DNA from: an uncultured Candidatus Peribacteria bacterium | GTDB taxonomy: Bacteria; Patescibacteriota; Gracilibacteria; RBG-16-42-10 | Length of the DNA: 64,000 nucleotides | NCBI GenBank assembly: GCA_964514565.1 | Contig: CAZERA010000001.1 | Span: 62,001-126,000, forward strand | Direction: 5' to 3' | In this document: piece after piece, positions 58,866 to 64,000 of the stretch | How the letters are laid out: every line of letters starts with the position of its first letter | Position numbering within the stretch: the stretch's first letter is position 1 | The notes under the pieces: generated by a model | Database searches by the model: none | Seen by the model: the letters and a program-made list of their open reading frames with translations, nothing else | What the model was told of the DNA's origin: nothing | Program-made: the position numbers and the translations under genes

Positions 58866-59948
58866 ATGTCCAATCAAAATAAGCTTTATACTCAGATCTT
58901 GTGTACAACTTTAGTTGCAGTTCTTTTTAATGTCGGTGTCGCTCGTGCAATGGATTATCCTGATTTAGATTATGATCAGGCTTATCTTCCAGGCATCATG
59001 GGGATGACCACTTCTGGAATAGTCCAGGGATATGAGGATGGTACATTTAGACCTGATAGTTATGTTTCTAGAATCGAAGCGCTTAAAATCATCTTGAAGA
59101 GTGCAAGTATTGGGGTCGTACCAATGAGCAGTACTCAATATATCGCGCCAGCAGTTGATAGTTATGGTGTTGTGGTTCAACCAACAGTCAGTCCTTTGAT
59201 GTCTCCATCAATTGCCTTTCCTGATGTCCCATTGGACAGTTGGTATGCTCCCTATGTGAATACAGGTGAGCAAAAAGAAATCATCCATGGATACCCTGAT
59301 GGCATGTTTAGACCTCAGGCGTATGTGAGTCGTGTCGAAGCATATAAGATGCTTTTTAGATCATTTGGTGTGCTGCTTGATGCTCCAGTTGAAGGAGAGG
59401 ATTGGTTCACTCCATACGTCAAATACGCACTTGATCACAATTTAGCTAATTTTGGTGATAATCCTCGATTGGATCTCAGTAACAGTACTGCTCTCATCAC
59501 TCGTGCTGAGTTTACTGATCTCGCTTTCCGTTTACGCAATATCTCAGCCAAGATGCCTGCCTCAAAATTTAGCGAGAGTAGTTATCCCACTATTAGCATT
59601 GATTATAGCGACGCCAATGCTGATTTGTTTGGTGCAACTACAACCAATAAAAAAGTAGCATTAGCTGATCGTCATTACCTGCCTATGAGCATTGATGCCA
59701 AGACCTACGTCTATACAGCAAGAAACTATGCTGAAGCCAAAGCTATCGCACAAGCTAAATTCAAAAAGAGTATCAATTATGATGGTATCAATTTAGCTCA
59801 TGATAATTTTGCTGCCGGAGCGTACGATTTCTCTGTAGCTGTATGGAATAGTCCATTTGAAAAGACTGGCCTTACTTATGCTCAATGGTATGCCATGAAA
59901 GCAACTACAATGTTACAAGAAGGTTACCTCAAAGATAAAGTTCTATAA
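58866..59948 (+). CDS. SLH-domain protein
   Basis: Signal peptide; QGYEDGTFRP..VSRIEALK, HGYPDGMFRP..VSRVEA, ITRAEF. Confidence 0.85.
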   Translation: MSNQNKLYTQILCTTLVAVLFNVGVARAMDYPDLDYDQAYLPGIMGMTTSGIVQGYEDGTFRPDSYVSRIEALKIILKSASIGVVPMSSTQYIAPAVDSYGVVVQPTVSPLMSPSIAFPDVPLDSWYAPYVNTGEQKEIIHGYPDGMFRPQAYVSRVEAYKMLFRSFGVLLDAPVEGEDWFTPYVKYALDHNLANFGDNPRLDLSNSTALITRAEFTDLAFRLRNISAKMPASKFSESSYPTISIDYSDANADLFGATTTNKKVALADRHYLPMSIDAKTYVYTARNYAEAKAIAQAKFKKSINYDGINLAHDNFAAGAYDFSVAVWNSPFEKTGLTYAQWYAMKATTMLQEGYLKDKVL

Positions 59949-59960
59949 GCAGTCAAAAGG

Positions 59961-59997
59961 AAGAGGGTTGAAGACTAAAAAACTTCAACCCTTTTTT
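59961..59997. terminator. Terminator between convergent genes
   Basis: AGGGTTGAAG-N9-CTTCAACCCT followed by a T-run. Confidence 0.8.
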
Positions 59998-60013
59998 ATT
60001 GTGAGTTTGATTA

Positions 60014-61690
60014 CTAATTCTGTGCCGGTCTAGTAGTCTCAATGATTAGCTGCACGCTTACATTATCATTCCATCTGTTGGTGTTCATTCTCACAGCTGC
60101 ATCTATTGGAGCTCGAAAGCTGTTTTGATCGGTGTTGAAGGCAATGGCTGTAACCATTTGACCGCTTTCATTATGTTGGAATTGAACCTTCCAGTGCTTT
60201 TTCTCAGTTCCCAAAGGTTGTACCTTCAGTGGTTGTAAATTTCGGAGTAGAAATAATGGTTTAGCATTACCAATACCAAATGGTTCAAACTTATCCAAGC
60301 TACTATGTGTCTCAAGCGTGATGTCTTGAGGAAAGATTTCGGTATCTAGTAACAGTTCACGTGGTGGTAATGGTAAATAGTAACTACAAAACTCATTGAT
60401 TGCTTTGATGAAAGCATCTTTCTGGTCTAAAGCCAAAGAAAAGCCTGCTGCTTGCGCATGACCTCCAGCTCTGAGTAAATAGGGCCTCATCTCCTCTATC
60501 ACTTCCATGAGGTCTACTTGAGGAATACTACGCATAGAGCCTACAATCACGTCTTCGCGTTGTTCTAATATCGCTACCGGCCTTTGATATTTCTCCGCTA
60601 ATTTGCTTGCTGCTAGTCCAATCACACCAGGATGAAAACTATCGCTACAGGCTACCAATATGGGGCCAGCTGTATCTTGTTTTTGGACTAGATTGTCCGC
60701 GAGCAAGAAAGCACTTTCGGCTACCTTCTTGCGCTCAGTATTAAGTTCCTCTAACGCTATTACCAATGATTGCGCTTGGATTGGATCAATTGCTAATAGT
60801 AATTGAAGACTAAGGCTAGCTTCTGCCATCCTGCCTGCAGCATTCAGTCTGGGACCTAATTTAAATCCTACAGTCTCTGCTGTACAAAATGGATCATTGT
60901 GACCCGCAATTTCTAATAAACCCCTGATCCCTGGTCGGCGTTGTTTAGAGAGGACTTGGAGACCGTAATAAACAATTTGACGATTTTCACCCACCAGCGA
61001 TCCCATATCTGCAATTGTACCAAGCGTTGCTAAATCAAGCGCCCACTTACTAAAGGCAATTGCGTCGTTTTCAGTTAGTAATCTCTTGGCAAGCGCACAG
61101 GCTAATTTATAGGCGACTCCACTTCCGGTTAGCTCTCTATCAGGGTAGGTCTCAGTTTCGATCTTAGGATGCAGTATAGCGAACGCAGGCGGTATCTTTT
61201 CTGGAATAGTGTGATGATCAGTAATGATCACATCTACTCCCAATGACTGGGCCAAAGTAATTTCTTGAAAACAACTAATACCATTGTCTACAGTGATAAT
61301 GATCCCGATCTTTTCTTTTTTTGCCTCTACTACAGTTTTAGCGCTGAGCCCATAGCCATCTTTTACTCGATGGGGCAGCTTGAAATGTACTGGATAGCCA
61401 ATGTGTCTGAAGAAATCTAGCAAAACAGCAGTGCCTGAAATGCCGTCGAGGTCATAATCACCAGCTACAATGATACCTTCTTTGTTGTCGATTGCTTTTA
61501 CTATTCTATCGACTGCTTTTTCCATATCCAAAAACAAATAAGGATCATGAATGCCTTGCTCGTAACTAAAGCGAAAAAAGCTAGGATCTTTGATATTCCT
61601 AGCTTTCTGTAGTACTTCAGCCAGAGGCTCAGTGACTGAGCGTGGCTGAAGTATTCGCCAATGTACGAGGGGGAGATTCTGATCCATCAA
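60014..61690 (-). CDS. recJ: ssDNA-specific exonuclease RecJ
   Basis: GDYDLDG, ITVDNG, TDHH, GTIAD, PRLNAAGR, GGHAQAAG, EPFGIGN. Confidence 0.97.
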   Translation of the reverse strand: MMDQNLPLVHWRILQPRSVTEPLAEVLQKARNIKDPSFFRFSYEQGIHDPYLFLDMEKAVDRIVKAIDNKEGIIVAGDYDLDGISGTAVLLDFFRHIGYPVHFKLPHRVKDGYGLSAKTVVEAKKEKIGIIITVDNGISCFQEITLAQSLGVDVIITDHHTIPEKIPPAFAILHPKIETETYPDRELTGSGVAYKLACALAKRLLTENDAIAFSKWALDLATLGTIADMGSLVGENRQIVYYGLQVLSKQRRPGIRGLLEIAGHNDPFCTAETVGFKLGPRLNAAGRMAEASLSLQLLLAIDPIQAQSLVIALEELNTERKKVAESAFLLADNLVQKQDTAGPILVACSDSFHPGVIGLAASKLAEKYQRPVAILEQREDVIVGSMRSIPQVDLMEVIEEMRPYLLRAGGHAQAAGFSLALDQKDAFIKAINEFCSYYLPLPPRELLLDTEIFPQDITLETHSSLDKFEPFGIGNAKPLFLLRNLQPLKVQPLGTEKKHWKVQFQHNESGQMVTAIAFNTDQNSFRAPIDAAVRMNTNRWNDNVSVQLIIETTRPAQN

Positions 61691-61702
61691 AACTACTTAG
61701 AA

Positions 61703-64000
61703 TTATTTGCGGCCAGCGTTAGCAGATTTAGGTGCGGTTGCTTTATGCCATACCACGAGTAGTAGTGAAGCGATAAAGATTGATGAATAGGTACCGACTG
61801 CGATACCCACCACTAGAGCCAAGACAAAGTTTCTAATCGTGCTACCAGCAAAGACAAAGAGGGCAATCAAAGTGATCAGAGTAGTCAATGATGTGTTGAT
61901 TGAACGCGCTAGGGTCTCGTTTAAGCTGCGATTTACGATCTCACCAATTGATGTCTTGCCTGTAGAACGAGTCACATTTTCACGGACGCGATCAAATACT
62001 ACGATGGTGTCATGCACTGAGAAACCCATTACAGTAAGCAGAGCAGTAATGAAAAGTGTGTCTACCTCCAAGCGGAACACTGAGAATACACCGATGGTAA
62101 TGATCAAATCATGAATCAGAGCTACTACTGCAACGATACCGAAACGCCATGGATTGAGTGTCTTTGGTACTTTGCGGAAAGCATAAGTGATGAACAAAAT
62201 GATGAAGAGTGCAGCGACTGCAAGAGATTTGAAGGCATTGGTTTTGAGAGTAGCTCCAATAGTAGGCCCAATTGTTTCAAAACGTAGTTCCTGCACCTCT
62301 TGGTTGTTGTTGATAAGCTTGAATTGATCCAACAATTTCTGACGAGTTTCATTGTTGATATGCTTCATGCGCAATACAAATCCATTGTTTTCAGTAGGTT
62401 GTACTACGGTGTTGCTCAAGTCTGGATTGCTTTCTGCCTCCTGAAGACCATTGGCACTTGCTGCTGGTGTAGCAGTAGGATCAGCGATCTTTTGGGCATA
62501 GGCGATTGGTAGCAATGATGTCTGCTTGACTACAATGTGAGTCTTGTTGATTGCATCTTGTACTTGTTGAGAGGTGACTGCTTGATTGAATTTAACTTCC
62601 ATCAAAGTACCACCAGTAAAGTCGATACCGGTATGGAGACCATTGGTAAAGAGGGATACAAGCGTAATGATGATCAAGATACCAGAGAAGCCAAAGAATA
62701 ATTTGTCATTCTTAACAAATTGGATATTGCTATGAGTATCACTAAATCCACACTTCCATAGTTTGGGATTCTTGAACCAACGATAACCTAGATCAATGAA
62801 TGTACGAGTAAGATTGATAGCAGTAAACATACTGATCAAAATACCAATTGCCAAGGTAATAGCGAAACCCTTGATGATGTTGGTACCGAAAATAAATAGA
62901 ATAAGACAAGTAATTAAACTTGAGAGGTTAGAGTCGTGAATTGAAGTCCAAGCGCGGTTGAAACCAGCTTTGATTGAAGCTTCTAGGCTCTTGCCACTTA
63001 CTAGCTCTTCTTTTAGACGTTCAAAGATCAAGATGTTTGCATCCACGGCCATACCAATAGACAGGATAAATCCGGCTATACCAGCCAAGGTAAGGGTAAT
63101 GTGGAAAGTTTGGAAAACAGCAGCACTAATGATGCCGTAGAGTGTAAGACCAAGTAATGCTGCTAAACCTGGTAGGCGATAGTAAAGCAACATGAAGACG
63201 ATCAGTACTAATAAACCGACCATGCCGGCTTTGAGAGCATTGGCGAGTGCGTCTTGACCCAATGTAGCACCTACGGTGTTTTGACCGATCAAGATTACTG
63301 GGGCAGGTAAAGCACCAGTATTCAAATTGGTAGCTAGGTCATTTGCTTGAGCAGCAGTAAAGCTACCGGTAATAATCGCTTCACCACTGTCGATTACTGT
63401 TTGCACAGTTGGAGCAGAGATATTTTCATCATCCAAGAAAATACCAATTGGTTTGTTGAGATTCTTCTTTGTGAGTTCAGTAAATAATTTCTTACCTTCG
63501 TCATTGAATTGGATCTGTACAATATAGCCCACTCCGTTGGAGTTTATAGCTGCATTAGCATGACTAAATTGCTTACCAGTGAGCCCAGTACTTACCCAAC
63601 CATCAAGTGGTTTAGCTGGTTTTTTCTTGAGCAGTAATTCCTGTCGTTTTACTTTTACTGTCTCGGTCTTGTTGGTGACTTGAATGATATGATAACCAAA
63701 TTCAGTTTCGATAGGGCCGACAATAGTATCTTTTTGAGCGCCAAATGCAGCATCCTCAAAGTTTTTCGTCATTTCGCCCTTGGTGAACGTGCCCAAACTA
63801 CCACCTTTGGTGTTACTCAAAGCATCATCAGAGTTCTCAGTTACTTCTTTAGCAAAAGTATCTTTAGTGACACGGGCCTTGATATCGTCAGCTAGTTTTT
63901 TTGCTTCTTCTTTGCTGCGAGTAACGTTTGGGCTAGCACGGTTAGCGCCTGTGTAGCTAATTAAAATATGATTTGCTTCCACCCCTTCTTCTTTTTTTGT
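61703..64000 (-). CDS. secDF: Fused SecDF translocase subunit with a parvulin PPIase domain, 5'-partial
   Basis: HILI..GGSLG..FGYHII (parvulin); SAPTVQ, IGMAVDANILIFER (SecD); GIDFTGG, GFSVHDTIVVFDRVRE (SecF). Frame open to the window end. Confidence 0.93.
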   Translation of the reverse strand, partial: TKKEEGVEANHILISYTGANRASPNVTRSKEEAKKLADDIKARVTKDTFAKEVTENSDDALSNTKGGSLGTFTKGEMTKNFEDAAFGAQKDTIVGPIETEFGYHIIQVTNKTETVKVKRQELLLKKKPAKPLDGWVSTGLTGKQFSHANAAINSNGVGYIVQIQFNDEGKKLFTELTKKNLNKPIGIFLDDENISAPTVQTVIDSGEAIITGSFTAAQANDLATNLNTGALPAPVILIGQNTVGATLGQDALANALKAGMVGLLVLIVFMLLYYRLPGLAALLGLTLYGIISAAVFQTFHITLTLAGIAGFILSIGMAVDANILIFERLKEELVSGKSLEASIKAGFNRAWTSIHDSNLSSLITCLILFIFGTNIIKGFAITLAIGILISMFTAINLTRTFIDLGYRWFKNPKLWKCGFSDTHSNIQFVKNDKLFFGFSGILIIITLVSLFTNGLHTGIDFTGGTLMEVKFNQAVTSQQVQDAINKTHIVVKQTSLLPIAYAQKIADPTATPAASANGLQEAESNPDLSNTVVQPTENNGFVLRMKHINNETRQKLLDQFKLINNNQEVQELRFETIGPTIGATLKTNAFKSLAVAALFIILFITYAFRKVPKTLNPWRFGIVAVVALIHDLIITIGVFSVFRLEVDTLFITALLTVMGFSVHDTIVVFDRVRENVTRSTGKTSIGEIVNRSLNETLARSINTSLTTLITLIALFVFAGSTIRNFVLALVVGIAVGTYSSIFIASLLLVVWHKATAPKSANAGRK

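Noticed and set aside
1..64000. Genetic code 25 (TGA=Gly) as in Gracilibacteria
   Set aside because: Conserved genes are full length under code 11, and TGA ends genes in ATGA overlaps (27226, 42488).

Overview
Compact, AT-rich bacterial chromosome segment in the standard genetic code (TGA is used as stop). Gene content, tight packing, scarce Shine-Dalgarno motifs and many SLH and secreted proteins suggest a Patescibacteria/CPR organism (inference). Housekeeping genes: clpP, tRNA-Ser(GCT), recG, priA, dnaN, sbcD, nrdR, recF, tyrS, comEC, mltG, recJ, and a partial SecDF carrying a parvulin domain. A probable oriC lies upstream of dnaN, with no dnaA in the window. The rest is mostly cell-surface genes: a cohesin/dockerin pair, LPxTG-type giant proteins, an NlpC/P60-SLH hydrolase, a four-gene SLH cluster behind a long structured leader, a three-gene secreted operon and a five-gene family of secreted helical paralogues. 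Main unexplained signals: (1) a dispersed heptamer-armed inverted-repeat element that encloses either a four-helix-bundle gene or an invariant 14-bp palindrome, with all three palindrome copies directly upstream of SLH genes; (2) a possibly self-polymerising cohesin-dockerin system with a wall anchor; (3) a degenerate hydrogenase-4-like membrane arm lacking catalytic subunits and key charged residues. All domain calls are motif recognition by eye; no database searches were run.
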